64,000 nt of DNA from a virus (lineage: Duplodnaviria > Caudoviricetes), in IMG/VR virus record IMGVR_UViG_3300026522_000030, positions 4,990 to 68,989 of that record, one strand, 5' to 3'. The notes below the pieces were generated by a model. It saw only the letters and a program-made list of their open reading frames with translations, had not been told where the DNA came from and searched no databases. A program made the translations under genes and the position numbers. Below, in pieces: positions 1 through 8,679 of the stretch; within the stretch, counting starts at the first letter, position 1; every line of letters starts with the position of its first letter.

Positions 1-92
1 TGTATACGGATAACATACAGAGCGACTACGACGCTTACGACACCTATCAGGGCTGCCAGTCGTGGTACGAATATCAAAGGGAGTGGAATTAA

Positions 93-563
93 ATGCTTTA
101 CCCAGCACAGTTATATAGGGAAGAACTGAAACGCAAGTTGGTAGAATGTTGGTACAACCCTAAATACAACTACTATTTTAGTGGCTCTGCCTACGAGGTT
201 ACTCCACCCGACAACAATGAGACTCGCCACGACTTTGTTCACTTAGATAAGGACGGCAATGTAGACGGTTACTTCTCGTATCAAATTGATTGGCAAGCCC
301 GTAGTCTGTACAACTTTGGTCTTATAGGTTTTGCCGATAATAATACGATGTTCCTTAGAGACTGTGTTCATCGCATAGAAGATATGGTGACGCAAGGTAT
401 ACGCAGAGCTGAGTTTTGGGCTTGGTCGGACAATCCTGTAAATAAGTTTTATGAGCGCATGATAAAGCGATACAGTAACGGTAGAGTGGCGGGTAGATTA
501 CATCAAAGTGGATATTTTGGTGGGAAGTACCACGACACGACGATTTACGAAATCTTGTTTTAA
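93..563 (+). CDS. GNAT (RimJ/RimL-like) acetyltransferase
   Basis: 156 aa ORF; C-terminal 'NPVNKFYERM...G...GKYHDTTIYEIL' pattern typical of RimJ/RimL GNATs. Confidence 0.55.
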   Translation: MLYPAQLYREELKRKLVECWYNPKYNYYFSGSAYEVTPPDNNETRHDFVHLDKDGNVDGYFSYQIDWQARSLYNFGLIGFADNNTMFLRDCVHRIEDMVTQGIRRAEFWAWSDNPVNKFYERMIKRYSNGRVAGRLHQSGYFGGKYHDTTIYEILF

Positions 564-610
564 AGAATTTAGCCAGAAATCCCACTGGCTTTAGACGACG
601 GGTGGTTCAC
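564..610 (+). mobile_element. 47-bp IS200/IS605 remnant (left end fused to right end)
   Basis: 558-597 identical to 8405-8444 (target plus left end of the tnpB element); 598-610 ACGGGTGGTTCAC matches the right end ACGGGTAGTTCAC (9861-9873) with one mismatch. Confidence 0.8.
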
Positions 611-790
611 ATGGTTGAGAAGCGTGAGGAAGTCGGCTACTTTAAGACAGTAACAGCGATGCTACGGAGACTGGCGGAGATACTTGTGAGGGAGAAAGTG
701 GCTGATGGGCAGATACGGACTATCAGGGATTATATTAGCGAGCTGGAACGAATAGAGAAAAAGTTGCGAGAAATGTGCAAGGGGTATTAA
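611..790 (+). CDS. hypothetical protein
   Basis: short ORF, ATG directly after the IS remnant, in operon context. Confidence 0.55.
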   Translation: MVEKREEVGYFKTVTAMLRRLAEILVREKVADGQIRTIRDYISELERIEKKLREMCKGY

Positions 791-792
791 AT

Positions 793-1704
793 ATGAAAAG
801 ATGGCAGGTAACTTATTTAGGTAAACCATTTATGCTGTATGGAGACACGGCGGAGCAAGTCAAAGATAAGTACTTAGATACTATGGATGAGGGAAGTGAT
901 ATTACTCCTCTCCCTTATCCGCAAGAGTTGTTTAATAAACTGACTGCTTTACCGATAATACGCAGAGATGCTAAAGGCAGAGAATACCGAGAAATTAACT
1001 GTGGGGCGAGTTACTGTGTCTACAGAATCAGCAAGGATGAATCGGACGGTCAGTATTATGATATAGTACAGTTTCGTAGAAGTGGTGGGCGACTTATAGA
1101 ACCTTGTCTTTGGAGTATGTGTACGGCGCAGGAGTTTGTTGATATGTATTTGAATCCTGTTCCTGAGAAAAAATGTGGTTGGCTATTATCTTTAAAAGAA
1201 GTTAAAAAGTTATGTGGCAAAGTGCAATTCAAAGTTGGCAAGGTCAATGTGTGGAAAGACGCAGACGGATATTATTATATAGGGTGGCAATCAGATTGGA
1301 GCAAACATCAGAAAGAGGAATATAAAATTATGTTTGAACATCGAGAAACTGCTGTGCGAGTTTGCTTTACTGAGGGTATATATGGTGGCTATAAGCGTAA
1401 ATGGTTTATAAGTGAAGATGCGTGGTTGGATTATTGGAAGAAAATTTCTGAGGAACAACCATCTTATGCCAGAACTTTGTATTATAAAATTGAAAAGCGT
1501 GGCTACCGTAAATTGCCTGTAGAAGATAGAAGGATAATATGCCGGTTGCGGTATATAAATCTTGAAAGGGAGTTGCAAACTGAGCCGCCTGATATCGTGT
1601 CTCAGGTGTGGGCGAGATATAATAGTGGATTTATAGATGATAATGGTAAGTTATTTACAGACATTGTAAAGAAGATATGTGAAAATACCATAAATATTCG
1701 GTAG
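793..1704 (+). CDS. hypothetical protein
   Basis: long ORF (track 775-1704); ATG 793 follows AAGGGG RBS. Confidence 0.75.
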   Translation: MKRWQVTYLGKPFMLYGDTAEQVKDKYLDTMDEGSDITPLPYPQELFNKLTALPIIRRDAKGREYREINCGASYCVYRISKDESDGQYYDIVQFRRSGGRLIEPCLWSMCTAQEFVDMYLNPVPEKKCGWLLSLKEVKKLCGKVQFKVGKVNVWKDADGYYYIGWQSDWSKHQKEEYKIMFEHRETAVRVCFTEGIYGGYKRKWFISEDAWLDYWKKISEEQPSYARTLYYKIEKRGYRKLPVEDRRIICRLRYINLERELQTEPPDIVSQVWARYNSGFIDDNGKLFTDIVKKICENTINIR

Positions 1705-1754
1705 GATTTTGTGTAGACAAAGCAACAAATTAACGATAAGGGAGGAATTGAAGG

Positions 1755-1964
1755 TTGAAGGTTTCGGTTAAGAAGGTCGATAGGTCGCGGTTAAGGTTTG
1801 TGTCAGTTAAACAAGATGTCACGGAGAAAACTTGTCATGATAGCATGGGACTTCCTATGTGGACTGTACCTAAGTCAGTGACATATACCGTAGAAACAGA
1901 CGGAGAATGGGATTTTGATTGGTATGGGGTTAATGGTAAATTCTTTAGGTTTAATAAGGAGTGA
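1755..1964 (+). CDS. hypothetical protein
   Basis: TTG start after GGGAGG; overlaps next gene. Confidence 0.6.
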   Translation: MKVSVKKVDRSRLRFVSVKQDVTEKTCHDSMGLPMWTVPKSVTYTVETDGEWDFDWYGVNGKFFRFNKE

Positions 1965-2947
1965 TGGGGTTGGCGAAGATACAAACAGAAAGATATTTTG
2001 AAAAGGTCAGGACTAAGTATGGAGACAAGGTAGAAATACTTAGTGAGTATCAAGGAAAGGAAAGACCAATAACAATCTGTTACCATTGTGAGAAACATGG
2101 TGATACGGTTAAAACAATGGTCGCCAAAAATGTGTTTGACCGAGCTTTTAATCCATGCAAAGAGTGCAAAAAGGAAAAGAAGTCGATAGCAACGGCGAAT
2201 GCCCATAAGATGTCAAAAGAGGATTTGTATAATCGTCTTGTTGAATATTGTAAGACTTGGAATGGGAAAGTTCTTGAAAAGGAATGGGTTTCTGCCAAAA
2301 CAGTTTATCATTTTAAGTGTGACAATCCAGAACATCCAGCATTTGAATCAACGGCTGACTCATTGTTTAGTGGCAAACATGGTTGTCCATATTGTTGTGG
2401 TAGGAAAGGTAATTTTGCTGAACGCATTGCCATGTTGGTTAAAGAAAAAGGTGGTGAAATCGTAACGCCATATGTAAATGCTGATACGCCCATGAGAGTA
2501 AGATGTCTAAAACATAATCACGAGTGGAATATTACACCTGTTAATTTGATTAAAGGTAAATGGTGTAATGTTTGTAGTATGAGTATTAATGAAAAGACGG
2601 CATGGGATTGGTTTGTTAATAATAACTTTAATGTAACCACTCAATACAAGTTTGATGATTTAATAGGTGAAAATGGAAATCCATATAGGTTTGATTTCGC
2701 AATATTAGATAATAATGATAAATTATTATTTCTTGTAGAGATAGACGATGAGACTCATAGAAGCTCCAACGAGTGTTGGGCAGACGGACAAGAGAGAGAT
2801 AAAAGAAAGAACGAGTATTGTAAGAGACATAATATCTCATTATACAGAATACCGATTGAACGCTGGAAGATAGCTAAAAAAGGATACGATTGGTATTATT
2901 CATATCTTGATAATCAACTTAACTTTTTGAAGGGGGCAGTTGCTTGA
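1961..2947 (+). CDS. zinc-ribbon-repeat protein with C-terminal PD-(D/E)xK (Vsr/DUF559-like) nuclease; probable homing endonuclease
   Basis: repeated C-x2-H / C-x2-C units (CEKHG..CKEC, CDNPEH..CPYC, CLKHNH..CNVC); C-terminal 'FDFAI..LVEIDDETH'. Confidence 0.7.
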   Translation: MMGLAKIQTERYFEKVRTKYGDKVEILSEYQGKERPITICYHCEKHGDTVKTMVAKNVFDRAFNPCKECKKEKKSIATANAHKMSKEDLYNRLVEYCKTWNGKVLEKEWVSAKTVYHFKCDNPEHPAFESTADSLFSGKHGCPYCCGRKGNFAERIAMLVKEKGGEIVTPYVNADTPMRVRCLKHNHEWNITPVNLIKGKWCNVCSMSINEKTAWDWFVNNNFNVTTQYKFDDLIGENGNPYRFDFAILDNNDKLLFLVEIDDETHRSSNECWADGQERDKRKNEYCKRHNISLYRIPIERWKIAKKGYDWYYSYLDNQLNFLKGAVA

Positions 2948-5793
2948 ACACAAATTCTGTATACATACTTTCATGTGAGGCAAAAGACCTTTATGCAGCC
3001 AAGAGATTGGTTAATCCCGTAGTGGATGATAAAGGTGTGGTTCTCGGACATACCAACACCAATCTCAAACGATGGAAGAATACACTTGACTTTAGCCTTG
3101 ATCTTATGAAGCTTCGTGAAGTTGCATATCAGCATTACCACAACCGTAGTTCATTCTTCTTTGATAAGGATTTGGGTAAGGAATTTACTCAGCGTGTTAT
3201 CAATGTAGATTTTGACTTGGCTTATAAAGAGTGGAATCGTCATGGGGACATATATGTGCGTGATGGATATGGCATGGCAGACATCAAAGAGATTGGTAAG
3301 TATGGTGACAGAACATTCTATAAGGACGGAATCTGTATTGGTGTAAAGGTTGGCGATGTTACAGAAGATGAAGTCGTGGTGTGGGACGGCGTACCGAAGT
3401 ATTTTGTGTACGATGAAACTAATCACAAAATAAAGCTTGGCAAGAGCATACCAACACTTATGAGTCGTGGAGAGCTTCGCTTCGACCTCTACGAAAACGG
3501 ATTTATCTGTAACGGCATAAAGTATGTGCGCTACAAAAGATCGTCAGGCAGTAGTCGTGTTGGCAAGTGTCTCTTTATAGACGAGAACCTTTATCCTGCA
3601 ATGCACAAATGGGAGTTGTGTGGCTTAAAGATTAAAGAGGGCGACAAGATTGACCTCGCTGCATTTGAAGCTTATATCTCGTTACCTTCCAGTAGTTGCA
3701 TTGACACTCTTGAGATACGCCCTGAAAATATACTTGTCATTGATGACTATGAGTCCGAGTTTGAAGATGATGTTGTGGCGGTCTATGGTGAAGGTGAAGA
3801 TTTTGTTGCCAAAGAGGAACGAGCCAAGATAAAGAACAGTATTTGGGACGGACAAAGCCTTTTAGATGTTAGTATGTATGGTGAGCATTACTCTGATAGA
3901 ACAATGCTTTTGCTCCGCAACCGTTTCTTTAAGAGTGCTTGCTTTAAGGCAAGAATACAAGATTGGTTTAGAGATAATGGCATTACAGAAGTTTCACAGC
4001 TTAAAGGTTATACGAGAGCGACCTGTATAGAGGATATTAAACTCATTACTACTCCGTCCAGTATTAAGTATGTAAAGTTTGGCACGTTAGAGCAATGGCT
4101 CGACAATCTTTATCCGACTTTCGGAATAGTGAAGTACGAAAAGCCTACTAAGTATCTTGACGGTAGAATGGTTCAATGCCATTATCAGTTACTCAATTCT
4201 TTGCAACTGACTCGTGAAGATATACAGGCGTTACTCAAGCCCAACTTTGATTACCTTAATCTTATCCGCAAAGACCCTGCGGTAATGCGTTATCATCTGA
4301 AATACCCCTACGCTTTAGCAGATAATGACGAGCCTTGTCTGACGCGTGATGAAATTATAATGAAGGTAATAGGTATGAATAGCAAGTTTGTGGAAACAAA
4401 GTTGTATGACAACTTCCGCAAAGAACTTGTAAAGTCTATGCTTAAAGAATACCGCAGGGGGCATATTTGGATTAGTGGCAATTATGAAACTCTGATTGGC
4501 AATGGTATTGAAATGTTGCAAGCTACTATTGGTACGTTTAAAGGTGAGAGTGTCTTGGGCGTGGGGCATATCCACACAAAGAGATTCGAGTGCGGCAAGA
4601 CTTTGCTTGGCACAAGATCGCCTCATATAAATTCGGGCGATGTTTTACTTACAACCAATGTGGCAAATGAGCTTTATGATAGATATTTAGTTTCAAGCAA
4701 AGAAGTCGTGCATATTAACAGTATCAATGAAAACATATTGCAGAGGCTTCAAGGCGCGGACATGGACTCAGATTGTATATTACTCACCGATAATGAAACC
4801 CTTATAAATGCCGCTAAGAAAAATTACGATAAGTTTAGAGTTCCTACAAGTTTCATTGAGGCAAAGAAAATTCAATGGACTTACGATGCAAAGTCAAAGG
4901 CACAACTTGATATAAACACAAGTGTGAATCTCATCGGTCAAATTGTTAATGAATCGCAGTATCTTAATTCAATAATGTGGGAACGTATTTATGATGAAGT
5001 TAAACAAGGTGTTCCAAACGAAGAAGCAATTCTACATCAGCACAAATTGTATGATGATATTTGTATACTTAGTGCTGCAAGTGGGGCAGAGATTGACCGC
5101 GCCAAGAAGATGTTTGATGTTGATACATCGAAAATGCTTACTGTCCTTAAAGACAGATATGGCATCTATACGGATATTAATGGTAAGGAGAGATTCACAA
5201 AACCGCTTTTCTTTCGTAACATCACCCTCGGAAACGGATATACGCTTAATCCTAATCAGCATTATAGGCAGTTTGAAACATCTATGGATTATCTTCAGAA
5301 GGCAATTGATAAATTCAGAGCCGATAAGATTGAAGCAAAAAATCTGCCGTTCTGCGAGATTATTAAGCCTATAGATGTAGATTGGCGAAAGGCAAACTCT
5401 CGCCTTTACAATAAGGTTTACGAGATTATAAACAAAATTAAGAGTATGAGAGAAAGTATACAGAGTGCTTATGTTGGATATGCCGATAAGACTAAGGACG
5501 AAAAGAAACTCACAACCAAAGAAGTTGCAGAAATTAGAGGTCGTTGCGTAGACTATATTGCAAACATTCGCTTAAATGATGTGGAAATGTATTTGCTTTT
5601 GAGAGAGATAGACAAGGATAAAAATGCTGGATATGCAAGAACAATTTTTGACACATTGTTTGCAACAGGCAACGCTGACCTGTACGAAATGATAAGAAGT
5701 AGTTCTGACGAGCAGTATAAACTCTCGAAAAAGAGTAGCGAAAACTGCGTAAAACTGTTTGATTATGACTATTTTAAGCAAAAAATCGGCTAA
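2944..5793 (+). CDS. yonO: YonO-like single-subunit DNA-dependent RNA polymerase (two-barrel, RdRP-related)
   Basis: 949 aa; 'RSPHINSG' and catalytic 'GADMDSD' (DxDGD-type) motifs; position ahead of yonK-like and virion genes as in SPbeta. Confidence 0.85.
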   Translation: MNTNSVYILSCEAKDLYAAKRLVNPVVDDKGVVLGHTNTNLKRWKNTLDFSLDLMKLREVAYQHYHNRSSFFFDKDLGKEFTQRVINVDFDLAYKEWNRHGDIYVRDGYGMADIKEIGKYGDRTFYKDGICIGVKVGDVTEDEVVVWDGVPKYFVYDETNHKIKLGKSIPTLMSRGELRFDLYENGFICNGIKYVRYKRSSGSSRVGKCLFIDENLYPAMHKWELCGLKIKEGDKIDLAAFEAYISLPSSSCIDTLEIRPENILVIDDYESEFEDDVVAVYGEGEDFVAKEERAKIKNSIWDGQSLLDVSMYGEHYSDRTMLLLRNRFFKSACFKARIQDWFRDNGITEVSQLKGYTRATCIEDIKLITTPSSIKYVKFGTLEQWLDNLYPTFGIVKYEKPTKYLDGRMVQCHYQLLNSLQLTREDIQALLKPNFDYLNLIRKDPAVMRYHLKYPYALADNDEPCLTRDEIIMKVIGMNSKFVETKLYDNFRKELVKSMLKEYRRGHIWISGNYETLIGNGIEMLQATIGTFKGESVLGVGHIHTKRFECGKTLLGTRSPHINSGDVLLTTNVANELYDRYLVSSKEVVHINSINENILQRLQGADMDSDCILLTDNETLINAAKKNYDKFRVPTSFIEAKKIQWTYDAKSKAQLDINTSVNLIGQIVNESQYLNSIMWERIYDEVKQGVPNEEAILHQHKLYDDICILSAASGAEIDRAKKMFDVDTSKMLTVLKDRYGIYTDINGKERFTKPLFFRNITLGNGYTLNPNQHYRQFETSMDYLQKAIDKFRADKIEAKNLPFCEIIKPIDVDWRKANSRLYNKVYEIINKIKSMRESIQSAYVGYADKTKDEKKLTTKEVAEIRGRCVDYIANIRLNDVEMYLLLREIDKDKNAGYARTIFDTLFATGNADLYEMIRSSSDEQYKLSKKSSENCVKLFDYDYFKQKIG

Positions 5794-5826
5794 ATTTGCA
5801 CGATAGTAAAATAATTAACAAGGGAG

Positions 5827-5858
5827 AAACGGCTATATTACGCCGTTTTTTCTTTTTT
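5827..5858 (+). terminator. intrinsic terminator after RNA polymerase gene
   Basis: AAACGGC/GCCGTTT stem followed by T-tract. Confidence 0.75.
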
Positions 5859-5898
5859 AGATAGTGGGGAATATGGAGAGTATATATACTCCCATTAT

Positions 5899-5927
5899 AT
5901 CATATCATAAATGCGTGTTTATGTCAA
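5899..5927 (-). promoter_or_regulatory. sigmaA-type promoter pointing antisense toward the RNAP gene
   Basis: minus strand TTGACA-N17-TATGAT with TGn extended -10. Confidence 0.55.
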
Positions 5928-5967
5928 GCATTTGTGATAATCTTATAGTAGAAAGTAGTGAAAATTT

Positions 5968-6156
5968 ATGATTCAGATTACAAAAGAGCAGTCAGAGTTC
6001 CTTAGAGCAAATGGAGTCAAGGAAGGCATAACACGCACTTCAAGACAGTGCAGTCACAGGCATACGTATTGGTGTGCAGAAGATCGTTATATCCTTGCTC
6101 TGCTTGACGAGTTCAACAAGAACACAAAGGTCGTACTCACATACGGCGAGGTCTAA
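5968..6156 (+). CDS. hypothetical protein
   Basis: 62 aa ORF, first gene after the intergenic control region. Confidence 0.65.
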   Translation: MIQITKEQSEFLRANGVKEGITRTSRQCSHRHTYWCAEDRYILALLDEFNKNTKVVLTYGEV

Positions 6157-6215
6157 ATCCTTTGCATGACAAAGGTGGTCGGATGACTAACTTAATTTAA
6201 GTGAGGAATTGTTTT

Positions 6216-6977
6216 ATGGCTAAGAAGAAACCAGAAACAAAAGTTGATGAAGCAATAGAAAAGGAAATCCCAGAAGGATATGTAGAAATTACACCAGAAC
6301 AACTTATGGAATTGCAGGGCGGCGGAATCCAAACTGTAATGAATATTGGTCTTGGTGAAAAACTTGTTCTTGAAGATATGCAGGATCGCATTATGTATCT
6401 TGATGGCGAGGTAAATTCAGATGTACTTCATACGATAATAATGCAGATATACAAATTAAACGGCATTGATATTGGTCTTGAACCAGAAGATATGCAGCCT
6501 ATTATACTCATTATTAATTCTGGCGGCGGTTCTGTTATGGACGGACTTGCTTTATGCGATGCTATTAATGCGAGTCGTGTGCCTGTAATTGCAATATGTA
6601 TTGGCTACGCATATAGTATGGCGTTCAACATTTTTACTCAGTGTGATTTGAGACTTGCTACTAAGAACGCATCATTCTTATATCACGACGGTTGGACTTG
6701 TGATAGCAATGTTTCGAGTAAGGTAAAAGACGCAGCTAAGTTTTATGACAAAGTTGACGAGCGTGTAAATAAGCTCATTGCAAATAAGACAAAACTTACA
6801 GCAGATTATCTTTCAAGTATAGCAAGAGCAGACACATATTGGTTTGCTGACGAAGGCAAAGAAAATGGATTTGTTGATGCTATTATAGGCGAAGATATTG
6901 ATATAGCGGAAATATTCGGCTTTATGGGAGATATGTCTTGCGAGTGCAACCACGATGAGTGTGATTGCGAGAAGTGA
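6216..6977 (+). CDS. clpP: ClpP-family serine protease
   Basis: 'YLDGEV', 'IINSGGGSV', catalytic 'AYSMA', 'LYHDG' and 'GFVDAII' motifs. Confidence 0.85.
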   Translation: MAKKKPETKVDEAIEKEIPEGYVEITPEQLMELQGGGIQTVMNIGLGEKLVLEDMQDRIMYLDGEVNSDVLHTIIMQIYKLNGIDIGLEPEDMQPIILIINSGGGSVMDGLALCDAINASRVPVIAICIGYAYSMAFNIFTQCDLRLATKNASFLYHDGWTCDSNVSSKVKDAAKFYDKVDERVNKLIANKTKLTADYLSSIARADTYWFADEGKENGFVDAIIGEDIDIAEIFGFMGDMSCECNHDECDCEK

Positions 6978-6988
6978 GGTGTGCCCTC

Positions 6989-8410
6989 ATGGCAAAGAAA
7001 GATAAAGTTAAAATTGAGTTTGCGGGTATGAACGCAGAAGGCGTAACTGGCTCAATGTTGTATATTACCTATAATGATAAGCAGATATTGTTAGAGGCAG
7101 GTCTGTATCAGACGAGTGGAGATGATATTCTTAAACAGTATAAGATCAACCATAGGAATTATAAAATTCCTTTTGACAGTCTTGATGCTGTTGTAATATC
7201 TCACAATCACATAGACCATGTGGGGCTTGTTCCCTATTTGTTTGCTCGTGGTTATCGTGGCAATGTTTATATCCCCAAAGGCAATAAATTGCTTGCTCGT
7301 ATTATGTGGGAAGATAGTCTTAAAATATTTGAGAGCGACTGTGTAAAACTTGAAAAGCGTTATGATATGAACGCAACACCTTTATACACACAAGAAGATA
7401 TTGAGATTGCACTTGAACATTTGGTTGAATTACCGTTTGGCGAGGACATAGTTCTTTTTGACGATTTGACTTTGCATTATTATCACGCAAGTCATATTGT
7501 TAATGCAGCACAGGTGCGACTGAGTTTTAAAATTGGCGAAACTACCAAAGTCTTAGGATTTACCGGCGACATTGGAAGTGACATAGATAAAGAATATCTT
7601 TTACCTTGTGAACCTATGCCCTATTGTGATATTGTGCTTGGTGAGTGTACTTATGGTGGAAGTCACAAGACACATAAACAGAAAGATAGGCTTAAAGATA
7701 TTGAAAAAATCAAGTGCGTTGTTGACCAGTGTTGCCAACATGATACGCAAAAAGTTGTATTTGGCTCATTCTCACTTAATCGTTTACAGGATATATTAAC
7801 TACGCTGTATAAGATATACGGTGAAGATGAAACATTTGCAACCCCAATCATAATAGACGCGCCACTTGGTAGGAAGATTACCGATATATGGGATAAACTT
7901 ATAGAAAAGGATAATGACCTTTGGAAGAAAGTTATCTCTTGGAAGAATATCGTGTGGGTCAATACTTATGAAGAATCTCAGCAATGGCAGAAATTAAAAA
8001 CTTCGCAGGTGGTTATAACGACTTCCAACTTTCTTAAAGCAGGTCGTGTGGTAAGTTGGCTCAAATCTGTATTACCAAACGAGAACGCTCGCATCTGCCT
8101 CTGTGGATACGCAGGCGATGAAAACAGTGTTGCTTATCAAATTCAGCATTGCAAGAAATGGGTAACAATAGACGGTGAGCGTGTGAGAAGCAGAGCTAAT
8201 GTAATGCAGCTTACATCATTTTCAAGTCACGCTTGCAGGAGCGAATTGCTTGATAGATATACCACTATGCCATATAATAAGATTTATTTGGTGCATGGTG
8301 AGAAATCTGGCAAGGAAGAATTTGCAAAGCTGTTGCGTGATAGTTTAAGCAAGGCGGACAGGAGCGCAAAGGTTCATATTCCTGTAATGGGAGATAATAT
8401 AAGTTTTTAA
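6989..8410 (+). CDS. metallo-beta-lactamase / beta-CASP ribonuclease
   Basis: HNHIDH, ASHI, FTGDIG, GECTYG, FSSHA and LVHGE motifs. Confidence 0.85.
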   Translation: MAKKDKVKIEFAGMNAEGVTGSMLYITYNDKQILLEAGLYQTSGDDILKQYKINHRNYKIPFDSLDAVVISHNHIDHVGLVPYLFARGYRGNVYIPKGNKLLARIMWEDSLKIFESDCVKLEKRYDMNATPLYTQEDIEIALEHLVELPFGEDIVLFDDLTLHYYHASHIVNAAQVRLSFKIGETTKVLGFTGDIGSDIDKEYLLPCEPMPYCDIVLGECTYGGSHKTHKQKDRLKDIEKIKCVVDQCCQHDTQKVVFGSFSLNRLQDILTTLYKIYGEDETFATPIIIDAPLGRKITDIWDKLIEKDNDLWKKVISWKNIVWVNTYEESQQWQKLKTSQVVITTSNFLKAGRVVSWLKSVLPNENARICLCGYAGDENSVAYQIQHCKKWVTIDGERVRSRANVMQLTSFSSHACRSELLDRYTTMPYNKIYLVHGEKSGKEEFAKLLRDSLSKADRSAKVHIPVMGDNISF

Positions 8411-8588
8411 AGAATTTAGCCAGAAATCCCACTGGCTTTAGACGGTGGGATGAATGGCTCGGAGTATTGCATGGATAAATGGAATAGTAAGAATAGGCAT
8501 AAATATTTGCTACAATATCATATAATATTTGTTTGCAAGTATTGGAAAAATTATTAGAAAATATATTCAAAATCAGGGCTAAAAGTGC

Positions 8589-8617
8589 TTGACAAAATAA
8601 GTAATTAGTGGTATAAT
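8589..8617 (+). promoter_or_regulatory. sigmaA promoter of tnpB
   Basis: TTGACA-N17-TATAAT with TGn extension. Confidence 0.85.
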
Positions 8618-8679
8618 ATAATAAAGGGGATAAATTTATATTCTCACAAATCAACAAATTAAGTTTGGAGGTGAATCTG

